NCBI GenBank assembly: GCA_965249485.1
Contig: OZ252239.1
Coordinates: forward strand, 288,001-352,000
DNA: 64,000 bases
Direction: 5' to 3'
Source: a bacterium
Lineage (GTDB): Bacteria > SM23-31
This document shows, one piece after another, positions 20,195 through 31,221 of this stretch. The notes under the pieces are model-generated. The model had not been told where the DNA came from, ran no database searches, and was given only the letters and a program-made list of their open reading frames with translations. The position numbers were made by a program, and so were the translations under genes. Positions within the stretch are counted from its first letter, which is position 1; every line of letters starts with the position of its first letter.

Positions 20195-20315
20195 GCAAAA
20201 GAAACGACCTATCAAAAAGCTCAACACAATTATAATTCTATTTTATTGTAGAATCATGACCTGCGTCACATACAAAAAATTTTTATTTTAATACTCCCCT
20301 AAGCATATAAAAAAC

Positions 20316-20344
20316 TTGAAAATTATATATGTTATACATATATT
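20316..20344 (+). promoter_or_regulatory. Sigma-70-type promoter of fapA
   Basis: TTGAAA-N17-TATATT. Confidence 0.45.
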
Positions 20345-20387
20345 AGTTGGATATTTTGCATTTGTTATGAATTAACGATAATATCGT

Positions 20388-21860
20388 ATGAAATTAAAAC
20401 TCGAAATATCCAATAACAATCTCAAGGCATATCTCACTTCGTTAGAAACCGATAAGGAAGATAAACCTAAACCGATAACCTCCGAACAAATCATCGAACT
20501 TCTCAAAGAGAAAAAGATAATATTCGGTGTCAATCAAGACGCCATTGCGAAATTTGTTGATAAGAAGGTGCCGGTTGTGGATGTAGTGATTGCAGAGGGT
20601 AAATCTCCTAGCATCGGGAATACTGCAGAAGTGAAGGTTCATAAACGTCCCAAAAAACGCGAAGACGTTATGCCGAAGGCAAACGAGGAAGGCGATATCG
20701 ACTATATATCTCCTCGTGAGGGTTGGATTGTAGTCGTCAACAAAGAAGATGAAATCGCAGTAAAAATTCCCCCGACGCAAGGTAAGGCCGGAATGGATAT
20801 TTTCGGACAGGAAATTCCCGGTATTTGGGGTAAGGATTTTGAGCTTGAAGAGATTGGAGGAATTAACACCGAAGTTGATGGCGATGTTCTTCTTTCTTCA
20901 ATTGACGGATTTGTCGTTCCTCGTGCGACAAAAATGAACGTTGAGCCTGTTTTCAGAATTTACGACGACGTTGGCCCTTCTACAGGTTCAATTGAAATCC
21001 CTGCAAAATATAAGGTTGAGGTCGCAATTTCTAAGGACATAAAGTCGGGTTATTGGGTCAAGGCGCATAAAATATCTGTCGGAGGATGTGTTGAAGACTG
21101 TGAAATTGAAGCGTATGAGCTGATTGTCGAACAAGGGATTGTGGGGGTAAGTGAGATTCCAATTAATGCAGATAAAATTAGAGTTGGTTATATTAATGGA
21201 TCACGCCACGTTATTTCCAAAGGAATCCATGTGACCCGTGAAATCAGTAACGGTGCTCATGTACATGCACGGCAGATTAAGGCTCACACAATTCAAGGAA
21301 GTACTATTGTCGCAGGTGAGGGGATCTGGGCTGAATTTATAAACGGCCAGAATAAAATATATGTCGGTGTTGATCACAAGGCAAAAACAGTCTACGATAA
21401 ATGCACTACAGAGCTGAACGATATGGAAGAGCCATTTGAACAGCTTAAGGTGGGGTGGAGAAACAATGAAAAGCGGATGGTGTATTTAAAAGAACTAAGC
21501 AAAAAATATCCGCAACATCCGTTGATTGCAAAGGAATTGCCGCAGATTAAAGAGATAAAAGAGAAATTTGACTACTTCCAGAAAAAAATGGAATCACTCA
21601 AGAAAGAACAGGAAGATGCGCTGAAAAAGATGTATCCAACCGACAAACCATTTCTTCTTATCAGAGTTGGATTTGCAAAGGATAATTCAAGCGGATCAAT
21701 TATTGAACCACAAACCACAATCAATATAGGGGAAGAGGTTAGAAGAATATTGGAGCCGACAAAAGGCGGACTCATGACATATCATGAAGACAAATTTGCT
21801 TCTTCCCAGAAATATAATATTAAAGAAGTAAAAACAAAATTACCGCTTATCGAATGGTAA
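20388..21860 (+). CDS. FapA/DUF342 family flagellar assembly protein
   Basis: LKEKKIIFGV..VIAEGK..P.IG, KIPPTQGKAGMDIFG, DVGPSTGSI, C-terminal coiled coil. Confidence 0.8.
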   Translation: MKLKLEISNNNLKAYLTSLETDKEDKPKPITSEQIIELLKEKKIIFGVNQDAIAKFVDKKVPVVDVVIAEGKSPSIGNTAEVKVHKRPKKREDVMPKANEEGDIDYISPREGWIVVVNKEDEIAVKIPPTQGKAGMDIFGQEIPGIWGKDFELEEIGGINTEVDGDVLLSSIDGFVVPRATKMNVEPVFRIYDDVGPSTGSIEIPAKYKVEVAISKDIKSGYWVKAHKISVGGCVEDCEIEAYELIVEQGIVGVSEIPINADKIRVGYINGSRHVISKGIHVTREISNGAHVHARQIKAHTIQGSTIVAGEGIWAEFINGQNKIYVGVDHKAKTVYDKCTTELNDMEEPFEQLKVGWRNNEKRMVYLKELSKKYPQHPLIAKELPQIKEIKEKFDYFQKKMESLKKEQEDALKKMYPTDKPFLLIRVGFAKDNSSGSIIEPQTTINIGEEVRRILEPTKGGLMTYHEDKFASSQKYNIKEVKTKLPLIEW

Positions 21861-21916
21861 TAATGCTGTGTATGTCTGATTATTGTGAGTAGAATGAAAG
21901 AATTCCGTATTGCATA

Positions 21917-22909
21917 ATGATTCGTCCCAAAAAACTTTCCTTAGCTGCATTTCCTTCCCCACTCCATCAACTCAGATATCTGAGTAAAAATCTTAATAGA
22001 AATATTTATATCAAGCGTGATGATTCTACCGGAATGCTGCTTTCCGGCAACAAAATTCGAAAGCTTGAGTATGTTTTGAAAGAAGCGCTCGATCACAAAG
22101 CCGACACTATCGTAACCTGCGGTGGCATTGATTCCAATCATGTCAGATCGACATCTGTTGCGGCGAAGCTTCTTGGTCTTCAGCCATATGCTGTTCTTCA
22201 CGGCGGTAAACCGGAAATCCTTGACGGGAATCTACTTTTAACAGAAAGTATAGGTGCAAACACCACTTTCGTAAGTGATAAAGAGTATGCGGAGATCGAT
22301 CGGATTTATTCTGGCATGGACGAAGAAATGCGGAAAAAGGGTCTGACGCCCTATTTTATTCCTTCGGGTGCCTCAAATGCACTCGGCTGCTGGGGATACA
22401 TTTCGATGATGGAAGAACTAATGGAGCAGCAGAAAGAAATAGATGTTCGGTTCGACTCAATTTTTGTAGCACTTGGGTCGGGGGGTACGCTCGGCGGATT
22501 AATTCTCGGTAAATTTCTTGTCGATAATCCTGCTGAAATTTTTGGCATTAATGTGTTCAGTAAAGCTGAAGATTTTGAAGATGCTATATTTACTATGGGT
22601 AGTGAAGCAATTGACAGGTTCCAGCTACCATGCAAACTTAAGAGATCTGATATTCACTATTTCAACAACTATATCGGGCGTGGTTACGCATTGACGACCG
22701 ACGAAGAGATGGAGTTCGTTCTGGACATTGCCCGTAATGAGGGTGTTGTCCTTGATCAAGTTTACACAGGAAAAGCACTCTTTGGAACGGTCGATCTTTT
22801 GAAACGGTATCCCGAGCGTTTCGGCCGGAATATTCTCTTCATTCACACCGGTGGTTGGTTTAGTTTTTTCAGAGAACGTGAACGTATCACCCGGCTCCTG
22901 GATTTTTAA
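21917..22909 (+). CDS. D-cysteine desulfhydrase / ACC deaminase family PLP enzyme
   Basis: KRDD..GNKIRKLEY, SNH, GSGGT, LDQVYTGKA, HTGG. Confidence 0.9.
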   Translation: MIRPKKLSLAAFPSPLHQLRYLSKNLNRNIYIKRDDSTGMLLSGNKIRKLEYVLKEALDHKADTIVTCGGIDSNHVRSTSVAAKLLGLQPYAVLHGGKPEILDGNLLLTESIGANTTFVSDKEYAEIDRIYSGMDEEMRKKGLTPYFIPSGASNALGCWGYISMMEELMEQQKEIDVRFDSIFVALGSGGTLGGLILGKFLVDNPAEIFGINVFSKAEDFEDAIFTMGSEAIDRFQLPCKLKRSDIHYFNNYIGRGYALTTDEEMEFVLDIARNEGVVLDQVYTGKALFGTVDLLKRYPERFGRNILFIHTGGWFSFFRERERITRLLDF

Positions 22910-22986
22910 TATTTCGGTGAACCGATTCAAAATACACTTGAACTGTTTATACTCATATCCATAATTCATTCACCCCGGAGAAACGC

Positions 22987-24135
22987 GTGAAATATGTATT
23001 AACAGGCGGTGGAACAGGCGGCCATGTCTATCCGGCATTAGCAATCAAGCAGGTTATTTCTCAGCAGGATCACAGCGCAGAATTTCTCTATATTGGCATA
23101 GCAGGAAAAGCAGAACAATATATCATTGAAAATCTTGAAAGTAGTGAAACTGTTCCCATTGACTATATTCTTGCTGAAGGACTGCCCCGGTCGCTTCATA
23201 TTGTCCGGTTGTGGAAATTTACTCTCAGTCTGCTCCGTGGTTTTTTCAAATCGATTTCTCTATTGAAACGATTCAAACCGGATTGCATCATAGCCACAGG
23301 CGGTTATGTTGCCGCACCTGTTATCCTTGCCGGTTATTTTCTCCGAATTTCTATCTTACTATTTGAATCGAACAGTGTCCCCGGAATCGTGAACAAGCTG
23401 TTAGCGAAGTTAGCCGATGCAATTCTTATCACTTTTGCAGAAACAAAGACTCAGTTTACCAAATCAAAAACTGCTTATGTGGGCTATCCGGTGCGAAAAA
23501 CACTCGAGGTTTATTCGAAAGAAAAAGCCAGAGGAAAGCTCGGTATAGCAAGTGACGCAAAAGTTGTTTTTGTATTCGGAGGCAGCACAGGTGCACGGAC
23601 AATTAACGAAGCAGTTGTGAGAAATCTTGAAGTTTTTTTGTCGCTCGATAATCTTATATTGATTCATGGAACTGGCAGAGGAGTGCAGCACACAAATTCT
23701 CAAAAGCTTATTGATGACCTGTACGCTTCTCCTCCTACCGAAACAAAGTACCGTATGAAAGAATATTTTCATGATATTAATGTGTATTATTCGGCTGCAG
23801 ACATTATTGTCAGCCGCGCCGGTTCGGGTACGATTATGGAGTGTGCGGCACTCGGTCGTCCGATGGTACTGATTCCGAAAATCGGCCTGCCTGGAGATCA
23901 CCAGGTCAAGAATGCCGAATTGGTAGAAAAAGTTGAAGGTGGAGTACTGGTGAAAGAAGAGCATTACCGGGACAATGTAATTCTTGACGGAGAACTGGTT
24001 GCGAAAACCGTCCATACGCTTGTTTCAGACACATCTCGGCTCTTGGAAATGGGTAAAAATATACGTACAATATATCGGTCAGATGTCAACGAGCGAATTG
24101 CCGAGACATTGCGGTCCGTTTTAACTATTACTTAG
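22987..24135 (+). CDS. murG: Undecaprenyl-PP-MurNAc-pentapeptide GlcNAc transferase
   Basis: GGGTGGHVYPA, TGGYV, GGSTGA, SRAGSGT, HQVKNA. Confidence 0.9.
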   Translation: MKYVLTGGGTGGHVYPALAIKQVISQQDHSAEFLYIGIAGKAEQYIIENLESSETVPIDYILAEGLPRSLHIVRLWKFTLSLLRGFFKSISLLKRFKPDCIIATGGYVAAPVILAGYFLRISILLFESNSVPGIVNKLLAKLADAILITFAETKTQFTKSKTAYVGYPVRKTLEVYSKEKARGKLGIASDAKVVFVFGGSTGARTINEAVVRNLEVFLSLDNLILIHGTGRGVQHTNSQKLIDDLYASPPTETKYRMKEYFHDINVYYSAADIIVSRAGSGTIMECAALGRPMVLIPKIGLPGDHQVKNAELVEKVEGGVLVKEEHYRDNVILDGELVAKTVHTLVSDTSRLLEMGKNIRTIYRSDVNERIAETLRSVLTIT

Positions 24136-24148
24136 GATATTTTCAACA

Positions 24149-24853
24149 GTGTCATCAACTACATTAACCCCGGAAGCAGTTCTAAAAAAAGCAAATAATG
24201 CGGATTCCGAAACGTTGAAGTCTCTTGCGGAGTCGTTATCTCCTGAACTCATATCTGAGTGGCTAATGCATCCCAGTTGGAAAGTGCGAAACTCTGCTGT
24301 GAAAATTGTCGGTGCTCTGCGTCTCGTAAACTATAAAGAGAGTCTCATAGAATTAATAATCGACAGGACTCCTGCACGGATTCTTGACAGGCTTTTCGGT
24401 GGCGATTTCCGTCAGGTCGGATTTATCAGACGTAATGCAGTCCGTGCATTGGGAGCTACAACAGTGCCCGATCAGAAAGTCACTGCCGCACTGCTCACTT
24501 CGTTAACAGATTCGTATTGGGAAGTTCGTGCTGAGGGACTTAAGGCTTTGAGGAATATGTATGTCGATTGCGCAACTCCTGAAATCATTAGTGCTGTCGC
24601 TGGCGTGCTCAGTGATTCGACATTTGAAGTTGTTGAGCAGGCACTATATACACTCGGCACCTTGTGTCAGTCCGCAGACATTCTGCCAATTATCAGAAAC
24701 TTATATAATCATCCGAATAATATTGTTAAAAGCGCTGCTGTCGAATCGCTTAAAACACTCCACCAGCGCGGCGTAATCGGTTCCAGTGATGATCTTGCTA
24801 AGGAACTCAACAATATTTTTATTCCGGGGCATTATAACAATAATTACCATTAA
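24149..24853 (+). CDS. HEAT-repeat protein
   Basis: Repeated WKVRNSA / IRRNAVRALG / DSYWEVRAEG / FEVVEQALYTLG units. Confidence 0.8.
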   Translation: MSSTTLTPEAVLKKANNADSETLKSLAESLSPELISEWLMHPSWKVRNSAVKIVGALRLVNYKESLIELIIDRTPARILDRLFGGDFRQVGFIRRNAVRALGATTVPDQKVTAALLTSLTDSYWEVRAEGLKALRNMYVDCATPEIISAVAGVLSDSTFEVVEQALYTLGTLCQSADILPIIRNLYNHPNNIVKSAAVESLKTLHQRGVIGSSDDLAKELNNIFIPGHYNNNYH

Positions 24854-24893
24854 AACCATAAATCACAATCTACAATAACGCGTATAGAGTATA

Positions 24894-26012
24894 ATGGGAT
24901 ATTTTTTATACGATTTTTTTCTGTCAATAAATTTTTTTGACGGACCCTTTTCATTTTTGCGCCTCTTAAACTATATCAGTTTCAGGGCAGGCTTTGCATT
25001 TCTAACCGCGTTTCTTATATCTCTATTCTGGGGACGGAAAATTATCATTGGCCTCTATAGGAAAAACTTCCGTGAGACTTCGCGGGAGGCATCGGATGCT
25101 GTTGTTCAGAACAAAAAAGGAACGCCTACAATGGGGGGATTGATCATTATCTTTTCGGTCATGACCTCTTCGCTGCTCTGGTGTAATTTATCGAGTCTTT
25201 TTGTACTCCTTCCCCTTGCCGCTCTTAGCTGGTTCGGTTTTATTGGTTTTATTGACGATCGCCGCAAACTCTTCGGGCAATCAAGTGAAGCAGGACTATC
25301 TCGTTCTTCAAAACTCCTTGCCCAGGGAGTCTTCGGACTGCTTTTCGGATTGATTATCTATTCCGAAAGTTGGTCACCATTCCCGGAAAACATGATCTAT
25401 AACCTCTATTTACCCTTTTACAAACCGGCAATTCTGCATTTGTCGTGGTTTTATGTTCCATTATGTATATTTATTATTCTGTCGATATCCAACGCCGTGA
25501 ACTTTGCCGACGGGCTGGACGGGCTTGCCATTGTACCATCTTCAACGACCATTGCGGTTTATGGTGTTTTTGCCTACGTCATCGGGAACAGCAAATACGC
25601 TGATTATCTCTTATTTGAATTAATTCCGGGTACGGGTGAGTTGACGGTTCTATGTGCCGCAGGAATCGGCGCAGGAATCGGTTTTCTCTGGTTCAATACC
25701 TATCCTGCACAAATTTTCATGGGGGACACCGGTTCTCAAGCACTCGGCGGATTCATTGCAACAATAGCAATTCTGGTGAAACAGGAGATGCTTTTCTTAA
25801 TAGCGGGTGGAATTTTCCTCGCTGAAGCGGTTTCTGTTTTAGTTCAGGACAGAATAGGAATAAACCGTATCGGCAGACGGCTTTTTTACCGGGCACCCCT
25901 CCACCACACTTTTCAATTCCGAGGTATTGCGGAACCAACAGTTGTCGTCAGGTTCTGGATTGTCTCGATTATTCTTGCCCTGATGAGTATCCTCTCATTG
26001 AAGATCAGATAA
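24894..26012 (+). CDS. mraY: Phospho-N-acetylmuramoyl-pentapeptide transferase
   Basis: KKGTPTMGG, NAVNFADGLDGL, FMGDTGS, APLHH. Confidence 0.95.
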   Translation: MGYFLYDFFLSINFFDGPFSFLRLLNYISFRAGFAFLTAFLISLFWGRKIIIGLYRKNFRETSREASDAVVQNKKGTPTMGGLIIIFSVMTSSLLWCNLSSLFVLLPLAALSWFGFIGFIDDRRKLFGQSSEAGLSRSSKLLAQGVFGLLFGLIIYSESWSPFPENMIYNLYLPFYKPAILHLSWFYVPLCIFIILSISNAVNFADGLDGLAIVPSSTTIAVYGVFAYVIGNSKYADYLLFELIPGTGELTVLCAAGIGAGIGFLWFNTYPAQIFMGDTGSQALGGFIATIAILVKQEMLFLIAGGIFLAEAVSVLVQDRIGINRIGRRLFYRAPLHHTFQFRGIAEPTVVVRFWIVSIILALMSILSLKIR

Positions 26013-26016
26013 TGAT

Positions 26017-27222
26017 CTAAATATAATCCGGATAGCGTGTTTCCTTGGATTTCCGATAGTGGAGCGGAAGCGATATAAGCACACCTATCAACGGAAAGTA
26101 TGCCAGCACCTGCAGAGTTTCAATGAGTCCATATATGTCCGCCACTTTTCCTGCGACACTTACCAGCAATCCTCCTACACCCCATGAAACACCCATAACC
26201 ATACTTGAAACCGTACTCATGTTGCCCGGCATCATTGCCTGTGCCTGTGTGATAACAGCCGGTATTGAGAAAAACATCATACCCCCTGCAAAACTAAGCG
26301 CTGCATAGGCAGCAGTACCTGTGGTGTTTAAAAATAAAATATATGCAGGAGCAGCAAACAAAAACGAACCGGAGATGATTATTTTCGGTTCTATCCGGTC
26401 TGCAAGATAGCCACCAATAAGCGTACCGATTCCACCGAAAAAGCTGAATAAAAAGAGTGCGAATCCTCCTGATTCAAGAGGTAGCCCTCTATACGAAAAA
26501 AGGATAGGTATAAAGGTATTGAAGCTCATCACAACAAAACTCCGGAGCAATCCGATAAAAACATAGATACTGATCGATGTTAATTCTTTCAAATTCTCTT
26601 TTGTGATTGCCGGTTTATTACGGGTCAATTTCTCAACCGTATGTTCCGGAGAATATCGGGCCATTAGCAGCGCATAAACTACAGCAGGTATTATAGCGAT
26701 CGGGACATATTTGATATTCCATATTGCAATAATTGATGTTACCACAAGCGGGCCAGTCGAAAAACCGACGCTACCACCGGAGACAAATATCGACATGACC
26801 GTGCTCCGGTTTTTTTCGCTGATGCTATAGGTCATTTTGGCAGCAAGCGGATGAAATTGTGCCTGGCCGAGGCCGCCAAAGAGTACCCACAGGAGTATAA
26901 ACCACTGGTTGGGCATGTATCCCAAAGTACAATAGAATATCCCGGAGAACACCGGACCCATAATTACAAAAAACCGAGTCGACATTCTGTCGCTGAGGAG
27001 TCCGAAAACAGGCTGCAACAATGAACCGGACAGCGAAGCGGTAGCCATAAGAAGCCCGGCATACGATATTGAAAATCCAAACATAGACATCAACAACGGT
27101 AATATCGGAGCAAGAAATCCAGGATATACATCAGAACAGAAATGACCCGAAGACAACATAAATGCTTTGGACATCCATTTCTTTTTATTATTACTATTAT
27201 TCACTGCTTTCACAATTTGCAT
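26017..27222 (-). CDS. MFS transporter (Fsr-like)
   Basis: About 12 TM; QPVFGLLSDR, FHP, GGYLADRI. Confidence 0.85.
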   Translation of the reverse strand: MQIVKAVNNSNNKKKWMSKAFMLSSGHFCSDVYPGFLAPILPLLMSMFGFSISYAGLLMATASLSGSLLQPVFGLLSDRMSTRFFVIMGPVFSGIFYCTLGYMPNQWFILLWVLFGGLGQAQFHPLAAKMTYSISEKNRSTVMSIFVSGGSVGFSTGPLVVTSIIAIWNIKYVPIAIIPAVVYALLMARYSPEHTVEKLTRNKPAITKENLKELTSISIYVFIGLLRSFVVMSFNTFIPILFSYRGLPLESGGFALFLFSFFGGIGTLIGGYLADRIEPKIIISGSFLFAAPAYILFLNTTGTAAYAALSFAGGMMFFSIPAVITQAQAMMPGNMSTVSSMVMGVSWGVGGLLVSVAGKVADIYGLIETLQVLAYFPLIGVLISLPLHYRKSKETRYPDYI

Positions 27223-27430
27223 TCCATATTACGTTCACTTTTAAACATTTTTTATGACTATCAATTGCGCTCTAAAAGTAGTTGTATGATAACTCACATT
27301 TTTAATGTATTTATACAGCATAACCACATCAGGAGACCGAAAATAATGCTATTTCCCTCATCGGCCCATTCTTATGCATATGCTCGATTCAAATTAAATT
27401 CGAACTTACTGAGAGTTCGGGTGGGCGCTT

Positions 27431-28442
27431 TTACGACGAAATTTCAACTTGGCAGTCACGAAGATATCCAGCAGCATTTTCGGGTGGAACCGGATTAATG
27501 TAAAAATCGGTCCCCCACTCGAACCCTGCAACTTTTGTTAACCGCGGAATTATTTCGATGTGCCAATGATAAAATTCGGACGATCCGATGTTAAATTGGG
27601 TGGTATGAATCATATAGTTATAAGCGGGATTTTTGAGCACGGTCTCGAGTTTTCTGATCGTACTCAGAAGAATTTCCGAAAACGAGGCATTTTTTTCTTT
27701 GGAGAAATGTTCGAAATGAGACTCATGCTGACGTGGGAGTATCCACGTTTCAAACGGAAACCGTGATGCAAACGGGCAAAAAGCATAAAAGTGCTCATTT
27801 TCCATAACTTTGCGAATGCCATCCTGCTGTTCCTGACGGATCATATCGCAGTACAAACAGCGTCCTCTGTAGTTGAAAAATGTCTCACAGCCTGACATTT
27901 CTTCTTTAATGAGCTTGGGTACGGTCGGGAGCATAATCAGCTGTGAATGAGTATGTTCGACCGAGGCACCAGCTGTGGCACCAACATTCTTAAACAGCAT
28001 ACCGAAAATAAATCTGTCATCCTTACTTTAATTCGTGAAGACGCTTTTTGTAAACTTCAACGACATCCTGTACAATGTCAATTTCCAATTGACCAAGAGA
28101 CACGAAGTGTTCGGGCGATTCGATGATTACCTCATGCGCTCCAACACCGTTCATTTGATCATATATACCATCACCCTGTTTATTCAGTTCACCTTCAATC
28201 CGAAGCGCAGGATATTTATTTGGTACAACCCGTACCCGCCAGCGGGATCCATTCTCGCTGCCATTAGTATCCGGAACAGTATAAACCTCCGGCGGTGTCA
28301 TGTCTTCACTTCCGGCACAAAAAGGGCACGTCCCTTTTTTTGGTTCCCGTTCAGATGAAACAAAATCGTTCGGACGAGCAGCCCGCTCTGTTGAAATAAT
28401 TATCCATCTCCCGAGTATCGGGTCTTTCCGTAATTCAGGCAT
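27431..28442 (-). CDS. galT: Galactose-1-phosphate uridylyltransferase (GalT/HIT), frameshifted at about 28027-28029
   Basis: ELRKDP, CPFC, NKYPAL, GAHEVIIE then FKNVGATAGASVEHTHSQ; removing one A gives ...HELSKDDRFIFGMLFKN. Confidence 0.9.
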
Positions 28443-28757
28443 ACGTTACCTTCACTATATCATGCTGTTTGATTGAACTATTAAGAAAATAAGAGAGTTA
28501 TTAAAGATACAAAAATTTTCAAATTGTTTCAATGAAATTCAAAATTTCCTGAAAAAATATCTGACTAATCGCAGAGGCATCGCAATTAAATTTCATTCGT
28601 ACCGGTTTCAATGACAACCTTTTTACTTTGAGATGATAATGCATTATGCAACTTTACAGCAATAGTGCATAATAGAGTAAAAAATACCGATACTAAAGTG
28701 AGAACGTGACACACAGCACAATAAGCGTTTTATCCCGGCAACAGTTTTTGATTTTTC

Positions 28758-28786
28758 TTGACTTTTTTTAGGAAAGATAGTACACT
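28758..28786 (+). promoter_or_regulatory. Sigma-70-type promoter
   Basis: TTGACT-N17-TACACT about 200 nt upstream of ATG 28983. Confidence 0.55.
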
Positions 28787-28982
28787 TTTAATATTATAAA
28801 GCACGTTCGGTATAATATACCTGATGTGTTCTCATTTGTAAAGAGATTTTTTCTACAAAAAAACAGGAGTAAGTTGCTGTAGTGTCTTGTTCTTTTTAAC
28901 AGAGCTTGATTATTAAACAGGCTTGAAACACTATAGTCTTGGTATGAACATTCAATTCAGCACAAAATATTTACTGTAAACT

Positions 28983-30129
28983 ATGCACGACCGCGAACGA
29001 CTCCGCCGGATGGTGGAACTGGTTAACGACAATATTGTCAAAGCACACTATTTCAAGACCATTGGCGACCTAAAATCTGCTCAGGAGTGGGCAAAAGGAA
29101 TTTGAACAGAAGGTCTCACTGGGACTGTTCAGCGGTGCCACAAAAATAAAACGGGAATATGAACTGCCATCAGATAGGGCCCGCAGCGCAGCAGGCAGGG
29201 CGATCGATAAGTTTATCGAGTCAGATGATTATGAATATGCCGCGCGGCTCATGAAAGAATTCGGCTTTCCCGAACAGACTTACGTCGATACTGCTGTCGA
29301 AGCTTTTAACCGCTACTTCAAACAGATGCGCTACAAAAAAGCACAGCGTGTCGAAATAGAATTCAGCCTTCCTCTTGCCCGAATCCAGCCTCCTGTTATT
29401 AATATGTTCAAGCATGCCCTCGAAAAAGGCAAATTTGAGCTTGCCGCCAGTCTTGGCAAACAGTACAAACTTCCTCGCAAAGATATTGAGAGTGCGGCTA
29501 TAAAAGCGTTTGAGAAATACTTAAGTGAATTGCATTTTGATAAAGTTGAATATATTATTGAAGAATTTAATATCCCTAAGCAGACCGTACACAAAATTGC
29601 AGCAAATGAATTTAAGGTCCGGTTCCATAAGGGATTTTACGATCATGCACGCTTTTTGAAAAACCATTATCACATTCCGAGAGAGCTCATTATTGATGAA
29701 GTTCTCAGAGTATTTAATCTCCATATGGATAAAGCGCTTTATGCCGAAGCAAGTGTAATCGAGATGGAGTACAAATTACCGAAAAATTTGTGCCGGCCTG
29801 CTGCCTCTAAAGCTTTTTTACATTACCTTAACAGAGATGATTTTGACAATGCGATGAAGTTTTACAAAGTGTACAAGCTCAAACGCAAAGAAGTTATGAA
29901 GCATTTGCTCCATATATTTAACGAAAAAATGGATAAGGGAAATTACACAGCTGCAATACTTCTTAATACGCGATTTCGTCTTCCGCACGATAAAATATTA
30001 CCTGCGGTAAAGCGTTCATATGATATGAACAAGAAGCTCGGCTATATTAACCAGGCCGAAGACCTGAAACGGAAGTTCATGCTTCGTGACAGGAGTATAT
30101 TTGGTCGGATGTTGGAAAAAATATCCTGA
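28983..30129 (+). CDS. Alpha-helical tandem-repeat protein, frameshift in the A-run at 29093-29096
   Basis: MHDRERL...QEWA joins (K)EFEQKVSLG...RLMKEFGFPE; same ~34-aa repeat as 17572..19182. Confidence 0.7.
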
Positions 30130-30214
30130 AAAAGCTAAAATAATAAGTAATAATCTTTGAATTAAATGTGTATATTATTGAACATACCACTATATTTTCA
30201 GAATAATTTGCTCT

Positions 30215-31027
30215 ATGTATTACCGTAATTATGAAATATCCTTCGGGAGTAGTATGACACCCGGAGTCAAGAGGCTCTTGATAGCAAACGGTGTTGTGTT
30301 CCTGCTCCAGACGATCGGCGTCATATCGTCCCGATTTTTCGGGTTGGTACCGGCATTGGTTATTCAGAAATTCTATGTTTGGCAGCTTTTTACCTACATG
30401 TTTTTACATGCAGGTATGTTTCACATTGTATTCAATATGTTCGCCCTTTGGATGTTCGGGAGTGAAATTGAGCGTCATTGGGGAACACGGGAGTTTTGTA
30501 AATATTATTTCATTACGGGCATTGGCGCCGGAATATTTAATGTCATTTTTCAGCATGCAGAGGAGTTTTCCATCATTGGAGCTTCCGGTGCTATTTACGG
30601 TCTTCTGCTTGCATTTGGCCTCATGTTTCCGAACAGACCGATCTTACTCTATTTCTTATTTCCGATTCCTGCAAAATACTTTGTTTTTATCTTCGGCATG
30701 CTCTCATTTATTTCAGCATTTTCAGCAACAAGCGACGGTATCGCTCATTTTGCACATCTCGGCGGTATGGTCGTCGGATTTCTGTATATCAGATTCGACT
30801 GGAAGATAAACCAGTTTTTATCAAAATCAAGTAAGCCGCCGATGAATCTTCATAGGTCAAACACACATAATGAAGATGGTTCCAATGAAGATGGTTCCGT
30901 TGATTTCAGAAAACAGATTGATGAAATTCTTGATAAAATAAACGCAGTTGGTTATCAGAATTTGACCGATGAAGAGAAAAGTATTCTTCAAAAGGCCAGT
31001 AAATATTTTATTAACAAAGAAAAATGA
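30215..31027 (+). CDS. Rhomboid intramembrane serine protease with C-terminal DUF6576-like tail
   Basis: HIVFNM, GASG, AHLGG; IDEILDKINAVGYQNLT. Confidence 0.92.
   Translation: MYYRNYEISFGSSMTPGVKRLLIANGVVFLLQTIGVISSRFFGLVPALVIQKFYVWQLFTYMFLHAGMFHIVFNMFALWMFGSEIERHWGTREFCKYYFITGIGAGIFNVIFQHAEEFSIIGASGAIYGLLLAFGLMFPNRPILLYFLFPIPAKYFVFIFGMLSFISAFSATSDGIAHFAHLGGMVVGFLYIRFDWKINQFLSKSSKPPMNLHRSNTHNEDGSNEDGSVDFRKQIDEILDKINAVGYQNLTDEEKSILQKASKYFINKEK
30869..30898 (+). repeat. 15-bp in-frame tandem duplication (NEDGS x2) in the rhomboid linker
   Basis: AATGAAGATGGTTCC twice. Confidence 0.8.
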
Positions 31028-31221
31028 CCCTATAATCTTATACTATAGAAATGCACAAAATAATCAAAATTATTTCAGTAAGCCTAAGAAAATGACGTTC
31101 ACTATTGTGAACACAATTTTGTTCATTCCATAATAACCACGGGAGGTACATCTATCGTACATTGTAATAAAGTTTTTTACTAAAAGTTGATTATTTGTGT
31201 ATAGTTTAAGGATTTGTTATT

